This document shows positions 28,308 to 37,400 of a DNA stretch of 64,000 nt, piece after piece. The stretch spans positions 32,001 through 96,000 of the forward strand of contig JBQLZK010000010.1 in the NCBI GenBank assembly GCA_052168235.1, given 5' to 3'. The notes under the pieces are model-generated. The model searched no databases and was not told where the DNA came from. It saw only the letters and a program-made list of their open reading frames with translations. The stretch comes from Thainema sp. (GTDB taxonomy: Bacteria; Cyanobacteriota; Cyanobacteriia; Phormidesmidales; Phormidesmidaceae). Every line of letters starts with the position of its first letter. Position 1 is the stretch's first letter. The translations under genes were made by a program, and so were the position numbers.

Positions 28308-29786
28308 ATGTTTGATGCGCTTGCTGATCGGTTAGAAGACGCCTGGAAAAAGTTACGAGGTCAAGACAAGATCTCGGAGTCGAATATTCAAGAAGCACTG
28401 AGGGAAGTGCGGCGAGCACTGCTAGAAGCGGATGCCAACTTCCAGGTTGTCAAAGAATTTGTTGCAGAAGTTCAGGAGAAGGCCAAAGGCGCAGAAGTCA
28501 TTTCGGGCGTGCGGCCTGACCAACAGTTCATCAAGATTGTCCATGAAGAACTGGTTGAGGTGATGGGGGAAACCAACGTTCCCCTGGCTCATGCCCATAC
28601 AGCGCCCACGATTGTGCTAATGGCGGGTCTGCAAGGTACAGGCAAAACCACCGCTTCCGCCAAGCTGGCCCTGCACCTGCGCAAGCAAGACCGCAATGCG
28701 CTGCTGGTGGCGACAGACGTTTATCGACCCGCCGCGATCGATCAGCTGATTACCCTCGGTAAACAAATCGATACGCCCGTGTTTGAACTGGGTTCAGACG
28801 CCAACCCGGTTGAGATTGCCAAGCAGGGTGTTGCCTACGCCAAAGAACAGGGAATTGACACCGTCATCATTGACACCGCTGGTCGTCTGCAAATTGACCA
28901 GGACATGATGGCCGAACTGGCCGAAGTTAAAAAAGCGGTGCAGCCGGATGAAGTGCTGCTAGTGGTAGACGCGATGACGGGTCAGGAAGCGGCAAACCTC
29001 ACCCGCACGTTCCATGAAGAAATTGGCATTACGGGTGCCATCCTAACTAAGTTAGACGGTGACTCGCGCGGTGGTGCGGCGTTATCGGTACGGCGGATTT
29101 CGGGACAGCCGATCAAGTTTGTCGGCATGGGCGAAAAGGTGGAAGCGCTCCAGCCGTTCTATCCCGACCGGATGGCCTCCCGCATCTTGGGGATGGGTGA
29201 CGTTCTCACCCTGGTGGAAAAGGCGCAGGAAGAAGTTGATCTGGCCGATGCCGAACAGATGCAGGAAAAAATCCTGTCGGCTCAGTTTGACTTTACCGAC
29301 TTCCTGAAGCAGATGCGCCTGCTGAAAAATATGGGTTCTCTGGGCGGCATCATGAAGATGATTCCCGGTATGAACAAGATTTCTAGCGATCAGCTAGAGC
29401 AGGGTGAATCGCAGCTCAAGCGGGCTGAAGCGATGATCAACTCTATGACGATGGAAGAGCGGCGCAATCCCGATTTGCTGTCCAACTCTCCCAGTCGCCG
29501 CCGTCGGATTGCCAAAGGTGCAGGCTTCAAAGATAACGATGTCGGCAAGCTGGTCAGTGATTTTCAAAGAATGCGATCGCTGATGCAGCAAATGGGCCAA
29601 GGTCGCATGGGCTTCCCTGGCATGGGTGGTTTTCCCGGCATGGGTGGCGGCGGAATGCCTGGTATGGGCATGCCCGGTATGGGCGGTGGTGGTGGCCCCC
29701 AACCCGGCTGGCGGGATTACGGTGGTGGCGGTCAGTCCAAAAAGAAAAAGAAGGGCAAGAAAAAGAAAGGGTTTGGTCAGTTATAA
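28308..29786 (+). CDS. ffh: Signal recognition particle protein Ffh
   Basis: ALLEADAN, GLQGTGKTT, DTAGRLQID, TKLDGDSRGGAALS and a Met-rich M domain. Confidence 0.99.
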   Translation: MFDALADRLEDAWKKLRGQDKISESNIQEALREVRRALLEADANFQVVKEFVAEVQEKAKGAEVISGVRPDQQFIKIVHEELVEVMGETNVPLAHAHTAPTIVLMAGLQGTGKTTASAKLALHLRKQDRNALLVATDVYRPAAIDQLITLGKQIDTPVFELGSDANPVEIAKQGVAYAKEQGIDTVIIDTAGRLQIDQDMMAELAEVKKAVQPDEVLLVVDAMTGQEAANLTRTFHEEIGITGAILTKLDGDSRGGAALSVRRISGQPIKFVGMGEKVEALQPFYPDRMASRILGMGDVLTLVEKAQEEVDLADAEQMQEKILSAQFDFTDFLKQMRLLKNMGSLGGIMKMIPGMNKISSDQLEQGESQLKRAEAMINSMTMEERRNPDLLSNSPSRRRRIAKGAGFKDNDVGKLVSDFQRMRSLMQQMGQGRMGFPGMGGFPGMGGGGMPGMGMPGMGGGGGPQPGWRDYGGGGQSKKKKKGKKKKGFGQL

Positions 29787-29915
29787 GTAGCTGCCTGTGA
29801 AGTCCAGTTGTGTAAGGCGCTATAAATGACGGCTCACGATTTTAGCTAGCGTAAATCACCCGAATATCACCCTCAGGTGGCCATGTAAAAAACTGGCACA
29901 CCTGCAATGATTAAC

Positions 29916-30045
29916 AGTGTCAAGGTGTTGGAGATCACAAATTATTTGTGGTTTATGACACTTTGAGGAGGTGATGAGACGTCGTAATCACTACTCCTGA
30001 AACCCGATGCGTTTCCCCGGTTTCCTTTGGAATCGGGGTTTTTCT
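29916..30045 (+). ncRNA. Candidate structured sRNA (three hairpins ending in an intrinsic terminator)
   Basis: AGTGTCA/TGACACT stem with inner CACAAAT/ATTTGTG; AGGAGGTGAT paired with ATCAC-TA-CTCCT; CCCCGG...TCGGGG plus T tract. Structure-based inference only. Confidence 0.4.
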
Positions 30046-30211
30046 TTCGTTTTCTAGTCTTGATAGACGAAGTCCAGCGCTACGCGCTGAAGTAAAACCA
30101 ATATTTTTGTGAAAGCCGTGCAGAGCACAGCTTTCACAAAATATTGGTTCTAACCGATAGGCGTAGTGCCATAAAATAGCAGTCTGAAGCGAATCGCAGG
30201 CAAACCAGCAT

Positions 30212-31078
30212 ATGGTCACTTGGCAAGCTGACTTCTATCGTCGTCCGTTGCAGACAGCAGACAATCAGCCCATCTGGGAGTTGTTCATCTGTGATGCGGC
30301 AGGACAAATCATTCATCAAGCGCAATGTCCCCAGTCGCAGGCCAGTGGTGCCTGGTTGGAGGGCGAGATTAAAGCTGCGATCGCAACTCACGCTGCACCG
30401 GACGGCATCCAAGTTTTTCGGCCTCAAAGCGTATCGCTGCTAAAAACCGCCTGTGCGCCCTTGGGTATTGAAGTAGATGCCACCCGCCGCACTCCCGCCC
30501 TTAAACGCTTGCTTGTCCAACAGGCCGCTGTCTATCAGCCCCAAACAAAAACCAACGGCTACGTCTATCTGCCCCTCGCGCTCGACCGTCCCCCACCGAC
30601 TCCCCTTCCGGAAAATCTCTGGGGTGACCAGTGGCGCTTTGCTGCGATCGCGGCTCAAGATTTAGAGCAGTCGTTTGATCATGAGCCAATCCCGTTTCTG
30701 CACTTGCCAGCAGAGATTAAACCCATCCAACTGGGACTGCCCAGCACCAGCCTAATTCCGGGCATCATCGTCTACGGCGGTCGGCAATCCTGGCGCTTGG
30801 CTGAATGGCTCCAGCGAGCCAAGCCTGTGGAACTGCACTATATTCCTGGCGAACCGGATGGCTTGATTCTGGAAGCGGGTCTCGTCGAGCGCTGGATTTT
30901 AGCCACTTTTGACGATGCCGATGTCAAAGCCGCCGCTCGCACCTTTGCCCAACGCCAGCCAGCCGCTCAAGGACTCCACTTCTTACTCATCCAACCCGAC
31001 GACTCCGGCATGACCTACACCGGATTGTGGCTGCTGCAACAGCAAAACGACACCGAAATTAGCCAGGATAATAGATAG
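30212..31078 (+). CDS. Tab2/Atab2 family RNA-binding protein (DUF1092)
   Basis: WQADFYRRP...WELFICD, PLPENLWGDQWRF, GLILEAGLVERWILATF and GLHFLLIQPDDSGMTYTGLWLL. Confidence 0.9.
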   Translation: MVTWQADFYRRPLQTADNQPIWELFICDAAGQIIHQAQCPQSQASGAWLEGEIKAAIATHAAPDGIQVFRPQSVSLLKTACAPLGIEVDATRRTPALKRLLVQQAAVYQPQTKTNGYVYLPLALDRPPPTPLPENLWGDQWRFAAIAAQDLEQSFDHEPIPFLHLPAEIKPIQLGLPSTSLIPGIIVYGGRQSWRLAEWLQRAKPVELHYIPGEPDGLILEAGLVERWILATFDDADVKAAARTFAQRQPAAQGLHFLLIQPDDSGMTYTGLWLLQQQNDTEISQDNR

Positions 31079-31177
31079 AAGCCACAGCTTTCTACACCAG
31101 GTATCGACTCCTCAACCTAGCGCGTTACGATTACTCCCCCTGCCCCCTTTTTGCCCAAGCCCTCGACTCCCCAATTC

Positions 31178-31329
31178 GGTGCATTACGCTTCGCTTTAGC
31201 GTAGCCATACCCGAAGGGTTATACACACCCTACTGACTCCCTTGACTCCCTTTACAGCTTTACCGCCTTACCTTCCTACCCCCTACCCATCCACCCATCT
31301 ACCCCAAACTCCCATCCACCCCCAAACCC
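31178..31329. repeat. REP-like GGTGCATTACGC...CACCCTAC element followed by C-rich short tandem repeats
   Basis: REP-like arm at 31178-31233; CCTACC/CCCATCCA-type repeats at about 31260-31329. Confidence 0.6.
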
Positions 31330-31758
31330 ATGTCCCACCCCATCTTCCACCTCGCCTTCCCCGTCACCAACTTAGACGACACCCGCAAATTCTATATAGA
31401 CGGCCTCGGCTGTGAACCTGGGCGCGAAGGGCCAGGTTCACTCATCCTTAATCTGCAAGGCCACCAGCTTGTCGCTCACGTGGCCCATGAACCGCTAGAG
31501 CCGCAGAGAGGCATTTATCCCCGGCATTTTGGCCTCGTCTTTCCTGAAGAAGCGGATTGGGAAGCGCTGCTCGAACGGGCTCAGAAGCATGAACTTACGT
31601 TCTATCAGCAGCCAAAACTGCGGTTTCCCGCCTTACCGCTGGAGCACCGCACGTTTTTCCTAGTTGACCCTTTTCATAACCTGCTGGAGTTCAAGTTCTA
31701 CCGTCACGCCAGCGCTATCTTTGGTGAAGTGGCCTATGCGCAGGTCGGTGATACGTAG
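31330..31758 (+). CDS. VOC/glyoxalase family protein
   Basis: Motifs FHLAFPV, GHQLVAH, PRHFGLVF and TFFLVDPFHNLLEFK. Confidence 0.92.
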   Translation: MSHPIFHLAFPVTNLDDTRKFYIDGLGCEPGREGPGSLILNLQGHQLVAHVAHEPLEPQRGIYPRHFGLVFPEEADWEALLERAQKHELTFYQQPKLRFPALPLEHRTFFLVDPFHNLLEFKFYRHASAIFGEVAYAQVGDT

Positions 31759-32390
31759 CGCAATGGTTCGTCGAGTAAAGTTGCGATCGCATCCAAGCAG
31801 CGGGGATCGCGAATCATCCAGGAATGCAGCAGCACGGGAAAGGTCAGTTCTTGTCCCACCGGCAGTTGCGAACTATGGGCCGGCACAATCATCAGGTCAA
31901 ACGGCGTCCACAGGGACGTGAAGTTGAGCCGATGTAGCCGACTTAAATCCTGATTCAGGGCTTGCAGAAAAGGACTGCCGGGACGCATCTGATAGCAGCC
32001 AAGATTCCAGCGACCATAGGCAACCAGCGATCCTTGATGCGGCGACGAGATCGTGATTAATCGCTGAACGCGATCGCAGTGATCAATCTGCTGGACATAG
32101 TAGCGACTCACAATTCCCCCCATACTGAAGCCAATCAGGTCAATGGGTTGGTGAGGTGCAAAGGTCTGATTGACATAGCGATCAATCTGAGCCGCTAATT
32201 CATCAAGCCCCAAATCTCCGTTGCTAGGCCATAAACTCAGCCCGTGGACGTGGCGGCCCTGCTGCCGCAGCATCTGCATCAGCGGCTCAAGTACGGTAGC
32301 TGTATCATCAATACCAGGCACTAGCACAACTGGATTAGGTGCTGCGGAACGGTTTACGGTTGACTGATTGCTCATGGCAGCGGATGGCAT
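31734..32390 (-). CDS. Lipase-family alpha/beta hydrolase
   Basis: PVVLVPG, nucleophile elbow GFSMGG, SSPHQGS, D in DLMIVP, H in LLHSWM. Confidence 0.9.
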   Translation of the reverse strand: MPSAAMSNQSTVNRSAAPNPVVLVPGIDDTATVLEPLMQMLRQQGRHVHGLSLWPSNGDLGLDELAAQIDRYVNQTFAPHQPIDLIGFSMGGIVSRYYVQQIDHCDRVQRLITISSPHQGSLVAYGRWNLGCYQMRPGSPFLQALNQDLSRLHRLNFTSLWTPFDLMIVPAHSSQLPVGQELTFPVLLHSWMIRDPRCLDAIATLLDEPLRYVSPTCA

Positions 32391-32927
32391 AGAGTAGTAT
32401 CAATTTTCTCATTTCTGCAAGATTCCTTCATGATGCAGCGCGTCAATGTGATTTGGGCTGTCATGCAGGTCACTTTGCTAACTGTTCACTGGATCTTCTA
32501 GACGGATGAGCCACTGTTAACTGAAGTCACGATGTAGGGCTAGGGATGGGTACCCATCAGCGCTCTTGTGATAGCCTTTCAGTAGGCTGGGCAAGATGTG
32601 GTTTTGAGTAACGCATTGTCAATAAATGTGTAGAAGTGTTGCTTCCGTCCACATGAGAAATTCATAATCGTTTTAGATTTTTCTATAGCGCTCTAGATGG
32701 ATAGGGCCATATCGCGGCTGTTACGTTGCATCGAGCAATGTACATTAAGCTGAGTCTACTTTGCTTACGCTTACTATGCCTGATGAGGATGAAACGTATC
32801 AGGCCGGGATGTGACAGTAGTCGTAATGCACGAGTTAAGTCGATAGCGAGAGATGCCGCTATTCATGTAGGGTTGTCACTAGATTTGTTCATTTCAGCGA
32901 AACATAGACTTGGGAGTCACTGGGCTA

Positions 32928-33437
32928 ATGGGTTTTATTAAAAAGATATTTGGCGCTATTTTCGGACTAATCTCTTCCTTGTTGAAGGTAGTCGGAGTCG
33001 GTAAGAAGTCTGAGTATTTCTTGGAAATTGACGAGTCGCAGGCGAATCGGTCTTCCAATCAGGCTCAGCCTGCGGAAAACCAGGCTCAGTCTGCCAACAC
33101 AGAAGAAGTGGCTAGCCAACCCGCATCGGCTGCGATCGCAACCGCAACTGAGTCTCCAAACGGCAGTCAGCCAAGCCCTCAGCCAGCTGCGCAGGCAAAC
33201 GCCCAGGCCAATGCCCAGGCAACGGCTGACCAAAATGAGCCGATCGCTGTACTGACTCAAAATGGTGCAACTCCTCAGCCCATGCCAGTAGCGGCAGCAA
33301 CCGCATCAAAGTCTGATACGACCTTCGCTCCAGAGTATCTGAATCCAGCCAAGAACCAAACCCGCCGTCGCCGTCCGGGTGCCAACATGGGTTCCTTTAT
33401 GTCAATGGCTAAGAATGTTAAGGTGTCTGGTTCGTAG
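32928..33437 (+). CDS. Hypothetical protein (amphipathic N-terminus, A/Q/P-rich linker, RRRPGANM tail)
   Basis: ATG at 32928 downstream of GGGAG. Followed by a long hairpin terminator. The C-terminal RRRPGxNMxxFxxMA motif is one I recall from cyanobacterial hypothetical proteins. Confidence 0.75.
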   Translation: MGFIKKIFGAIFGLISSLLKVVGVGKKSEYFLEIDESQANRSSNQAQPAENQAQSANTEEVASQPASAAIATATESPNGSQPSPQPAAQANAQANAQATADQNEPIAVLTQNGATPQPMPVAAATASKSDTTFAPEYLNPAKNQTRRRRPGANMGSFMSMAKNVKVSGS

Positions 33438-33452
33438 TTATACCTTGTCCCG

Positions 33453-33517
33453 AAAACCCACAAAAGAAGCCGAGAGCGTCAGCTAAGCTGACGCTCTCGG
33501 CTTCTTTTGTGGGTTTT
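33453..33517. terminator. Bidirectional terminator, perfect 31-bp inverted repeat
   Basis: AAAACCCACAAAAGAAGCCGAGAGCGTCAGC-taa-GCTGACGCTCTCGGCTTCTTTTGTGGGTTTT, between convergent genes. Confidence 0.85.
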
Positions 33518-33521
33518 GATC

Positions 33522-34106
33522 TTACCGCATGGCGCTAGAGAGCGATCGCAGTTGGGGCATGAGCTGGCGGAAGGCGACGCCGCGATGACTATGGACGTGC
33601 TTCTGATCAGGTGTCATTTCGGCAAAAGTACAGCCCTGGGTCGGTACGTAGAAAATCGGATCGTAGCCAAATCCGCCCTGGCCGCTGGGCCGACGAAGGA
33701 TCTCACCGTAGCAGATGCCGTTAGTTTCTAGCAGAATGGTGCCATCCGGTCGGGCAAGTGCGATCGCGCAAATAAACTGAGCAGACCGCTGCTCGGTATC
33801 GCCCAGTTCAGTCAGTAATCGCTGAATCCGATCGGTATCAGACTTACCATAACGAGCCGAGTAGAGGCCAGGTGCACCACCTAGAGCATCCACAGCGAGG
33901 CCAGAATCATCTGCGATCGCCCATTGCTGAGTGGCCCGAGCGACTTGGGACGCTTTGAGTCGAGCGTTTTCAATAAACGTGCTGCCCGTTTCTTCCACAT
34001 CGATTTCGTCTGGTTTCAGCACCAAGTTCCAGCCCAGTTCTCCCAGATAAGCCTGCATTTCGCCCAGTTTGCCTGGATTTCCAGTTGCAACCACAATTGA
34101 CGGCAT
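33522..34106 (-). CDS. rdgB: Non-canonical purine NTP pyrophosphatase (Ham1 family)
   Basis: Motifs ATGNPGK, EETGSTFIENARLKA, ADDSGL, GFGYDPIF and SHRG. Confidence 0.96.
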   Translation of the reverse strand: MPSIVVATGNPGKLGEMQAYLGELGWNLVLKPDEIDVEETGSTFIENARLKASQVARATQQWAIADDSGLAVDALGGAPGLYSARYGKSDTDRIQRLLTELGDTEQRSAQFICAIALARPDGTILLETNGICYGEILRRPSGQGGFGYDPIFYVPTQGCTFAEMTPDQKHVHSHRGVAFRQLMPQLRSLSSAMR

Positions 34107-34142
34107 CGTTGCCTTCACTCCCCTTCTAAATCCACCTATTGA

Positions 34143-35603
34143 CTAAGCAATCGATTTCGCCCACTGCTCTGCCCATTTCAGCGTTTGATGGACAGTTTTC
34201 ATATCTTTAGCTTCACAGTAGAGCCGCAAGACCGGCTCTGTGCCGCTAAAGCGGATCAGCAGCCAACTGTCATCTGCCAAGCGAAACTTATACCCGTCAA
34301 TCGTTAAACAGTCCGTGACCGCTTTGCCGGATATCTCCTTCAGCGGTTCCGTCTCCAGCGATTCAATCAGTTTGGCGCGCACATCCATGCTGGCCAAGGG
34401 TAAATCAATCCGGTCATATTCCGAATGAAAGCCTACCTGATCTTGTAAACGTTTGTAGATATCGCTGAGATCTTCACCCGATTTCAGCACCGCTTCTAAC
34501 ACGTACAGCGCCGACAATAAGGCATCCCGTTCTGGAATGTGATGCCCGTAGCCGACTCCACCGGATTCTTCGCCGCCGATGAGCACATGCGCTTCTGTCA
34601 TCCGGTCAGCAATGTACTTGTAGCCAATTGGCGTTTGGTGTAGGTCTAACCCGTAGTGTTTCGCAATCTGGGGAATCAGATCAGACCCGCTGATCGTTTT
34701 GACCACTTCACCGTGATAGTCCCGTCGCGTAGACAAATGCTCAATCAGTACCGGAATTAAAATCTGCGAGCTGAGAAACGTGCCGTTGCCATCGACCGCA
34801 GCAATGCGATCGCTATCACCATCAAAAACGAGTCCCACGACTAGCTCATTATCTGCTTTTTCATAGGTACGAATCGTTTCCAGAAATTTGCCCAGATATT
34901 TGGGCAAGGGTTCCGGTGCGCCTCCTTCAAACAGTGGATCTGAATCTCCATGTAGCTCATGGACGGTCGTATCTAGCAGCTTAGCCAGTCCACCTGCGGC
35001 TGCCCCGTGCATGACATCGGCAAAGACCGTGAGCTTTTGCGATGATATTGCAGCTTGAATTCCTGCAATATCAACCCTGGAGCGCAGCGCATTGCAGTAG
35101 CTCGGCCAAGGGTCAAACGTCTGGAGAGAACCGGGCGTTGTCGGTTCTACGGGTACGTCCAGCCGCTCTTCAATTTTTTGCGTCACTTCCGGCGGCACCG
35201 ATCCACCCAAGGCGCTTTTTACCTTAAGGCCAGAATAGGCGGCAGGATTATGACTGGCCGTAATCACGACGGCACCCAAGGCTCCCAGATCCTTAGCGGC
35301 CCAGCTAAAAGCTGGCGTTGGCGCAAACTGATCGGCCAGCATTACATCGAAACCAGCCGCTTGAATCGCTTCTGCTGCCGTCTGAGCAAACTCAGGTGAG
35401 AGAAAGCGACGGTCATAACCGACGACAATCGTGCGGCTACCCGTCATTTCACCATAAACCTGGGCCAGCACTTCTGCTGCGATCGGAGCAACGTGGGCGA
35501 CACGCGCAAACGTAAAGTCCGCCGCAATTACGCCCCGCCAACCATCTGTACCGAATTTGATCTCTTTTTGAGCCAGGGTTGCAAATGAGGTTGGAGCCGC
35601 CAT
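34143..35603 (-). CDS. Phosphoglucomutase/phosphomannomutase family protein
   Basis: FGTDGWRG, TASHNP (phospho-Ser loop), DGDSDR metal loop, GGEESGG, RFSGTEP. Confidence 0.95.
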   Translation of the reverse strand: MAAPTSFATLAQKEIKFGTDGWRGVIAADFTFARVAHVAPIAAEVLAQVYGEMTGSRTIVVGYDRRFLSPEFAQTAAEAIQAAGFDVMLADQFAPTPAFSWAAKDLGALGAVVITASHNPAAYSGLKVKSALGGSVPPEVTQKIEERLDVPVEPTTPGSLQTFDPWPSYCNALRSRVDIAGIQAAISSQKLTVFADVMHGAAAGGLAKLLDTTVHELHGDSDPLFEGGAPEPLPKYLGKFLETIRTYEKADNELVVGLVFDGDSDRIAAVDGNGTFLSSQILIPVLIEHLSTRRDYHGEVVKTISGSDLIPQIAKHYGLDLHQTPIGYKYIADRMTEAHVLIGGEESGGVGYGHHIPERDALLSALYVLEAVLKSGEDLSDIYKRLQDQVGFHSEYDRIDLPLASMDVRAKLIESLETEPLKEISGKAVTDCLTIDGYKFRLADDSWLLIRFSGTEPVLRLYCEAKDMKTVHQTLKWAEQWAKSIA

Positions 35604-35892
35604 AGTGTTCTTAGATAGATTTACTAAATATGTGTACTAATATGTGCGCGTTACTGCGTATGTGCTTACTGCAACTGGTATATCACGATTATTTAATGGA
35701 CAGGCAATAGATAAAAGAGACAGAAGCGATCTTTGAGCATAAATTCACCCATAATCGGCAAACCGGAGTTAATTGGTTTTATCTCAAGCTCTTGCCCTGT
35801 CACTTCTACTGACTCGCTGAGCGCCTGACCGGAAAGTTGTGGTTGCAATTTGACACTGCGGATCAATTAAGCATCAACTTTATTTCAAGTTT

Positions 35893-36666
35893 ATGAAATA
35901 CTGGCGCGAAACTTGGGCAATCGCCCATCGCATTTTACTCGAACTCCTGCGACGGCGACGGAGCCTACTGTTTTGGATCATTTTCCCGGTCATCGTTCTG
36001 ATCCTAAATGGCCTGATTATCGAAGAGCGATCGCAACTGACCCGAGCTGCCGCATTTGAACTTGCGGCTCCCTCATCACTGGTCGGTGCAGCCTTCTTTT
36101 TTAGCTGCTTGGGCGGCAGCGTGGCTACGGTTGTCTCAGAGCGAGAGCAGCAAACTCTCAAACGCCTCTTTCTCTCTCCCCTTAGCGGCCTATCCTATTT
36201 TCTAGGCATTTTTATCGCCCATAGTGTGATTGGGTTGGGTCAAACCCTGCTGGTCTATGCGATCGCACTTAGCCTCGGCGCAAACTTCAATGGCTCAGTC
36301 CTGTTGGGCGCAGTCATTATTCTTTTGAGTATCGTGGCCTATGTCGGCTCTGGGTTTATCCTCGGTACGCAACTGGCTCGCCGCACCGAAGATGTTAATG
36401 CCCTGGTTGCCGCCTTTGGTGTACCGCTGCTGATTCTCGGCGGCGCGTTTCTGCCAGCTAGCCTGTTTCCAGAATCACTGCTGCGAATTGCCCGCTGGAA
36501 CCCGATTTATCACATGAATGAGGCGTTACTCGGCGTTTCTGCCGCTGGTGATGGTCTAGATGTCGTCGGTGAACATGTCGGCTTTTTGGCCGCATTTGCG
36601 ATCGCAGTTACAATCCTCGGCTGGCTCTCCTATCGCCGAATGCTTGCCGTAGAACGGCAGCTATAG
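35893..36666 (+). CDS. ABC-2 type exporter permease
   Basis: About 6 TM segments; motifs VSEREQQTLKRLFLSP, LGGAFLP and WNPIYH. Confidence 0.9.
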   Translation: MKYWRETWAIAHRILLELLRRRRSLLFWIIFPVIVLILNGLIIEERSQLTRAAAFELAAPSSLVGAAFFFSCLGGSVATVVSEREQQTLKRLFLSPLSGLSYFLGIFIAHSVIGLGQTLLVYAIALSLGANFNGSVLLGAVIILLSIVAYVGSGFILGTQLARRTEDVNALVAAFGVPLLILGGAFLPASLFPESLLRIARWNPIYHMNEALLGVSAAGDGLDVVGEHVGFLAAFAIAVTILGWLSYRRMLAVERQL

Positions 36667-37128
36667 CTGTTCACCCGTCGTAGATACCATCACCGGATCA
36701 CCTGATGGTGGATGTCGCCCAATCTCTCGATCTGCCGCTCGGATATCTAATATGCGATCGCGGTTTAGTGCCAACGCCATAACCGTTGTCCGCCCAATTG
36801 CAGTTAGCCCCAAAACTAAGCTGCCATCAGCAGACCAAATAAAATGCTCTGACCAAGCCTGTTGCCTAGGATTAAAGAGTTCTGTTTCCTGGTTCGATTG
36901 TGGATCGATTGCTGTGAGCCGATTGGTCTTTCTACGATTGCAGTGAAAGCATGCTAAGGCCAAATTTTCAAACTCATCTGTGCCTCCAAGTGACAACGGC
37001 ACAACATGATCAACCGTAAATCGCACATATTGCCATTTTTCTGACGCGTGGCAATACTCGCAAAGGTAACCAGCACGCTGACGCACCTGTATCTGGATTG
37101 ATTCAGAAATTCGTTTGCGAGAAGACAC
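36661..37128 (-). CDS. HNH endonuclease
   Basis: CEYC...VDHVVP...GG...NLALACFHCNRRK, plus C-terminal LFNPR...WSEHF. Confidence 0.93.
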   Translation of the reverse strand: MSSRKRISESIQIQVRQRAGYLCEYCHASEKWQYVRFTVDHVVPLSLGGTDEFENLALACFHCNRRKTNRLTAIDPQSNQETELFNPRQQAWSEHFIWSADGSLVLGLTAIGRTTVMALALNRDRILDIRAADREIGRHPPSGDPVMVSTTGEQL

Positions 37129-37130
37129 AA

Positions 37131-37400
37131 CTAGAGCTGCTGAGACTGGCTGAGAAATAAATTACGTAGAGTACGATTCACAAAACTTAGATAGTCATCC
37201 ATTTCTTCGTAGCAATCAAGTTCTTCTTCTTCTTCTGCACTTAAAGATGCCATCTGTTGCTTAGCCAGTAGTGCTTCGACGGTATTCTGCACGGTGCTGG
37301 ATGCTCGAAAGACAGGAATGCCCTCTTCTAGTTCAATTCGCACAGCGCCCTCAATCGGCAGACTCATTGGTAACTGTTTCAGTTTTGGTGGCAGAAACAT
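37131..37400 (-). CDS. Small acidic protein coupled to the HNH gene (antitoxin-like)
   Basis: 89 aa from the ATG at 37400, with LSAEEEEELDCYEEMDDYLS helix. Its stop lies 2 bp before the HNH GTG start. Confidence 0.75.
   Translation of the reverse strand: MFLPPKLKQLPMSLPIEGAVRIELEEGIPVFRASSTVQNTVEALLAKQQMASLSAEEEEELDCYEEMDDYLSFVNRTLRNLFLSQSQQL

Noticed and set aside
29600..29786. GMGG/GMPG repeats and poly-Lys tail in Ffh
   Set aside because: Low-complexity tails of this kind are usual in cyanobacterial Ffh.
32779..32807. CTGATGAG...GAAAC resembling a hammerhead ribozyme core
   Set aside because: No room for stem II between CTGATGA and GAAA; the segment is better explained as a simple GCCTGAT/ATCAGGC hairpin.
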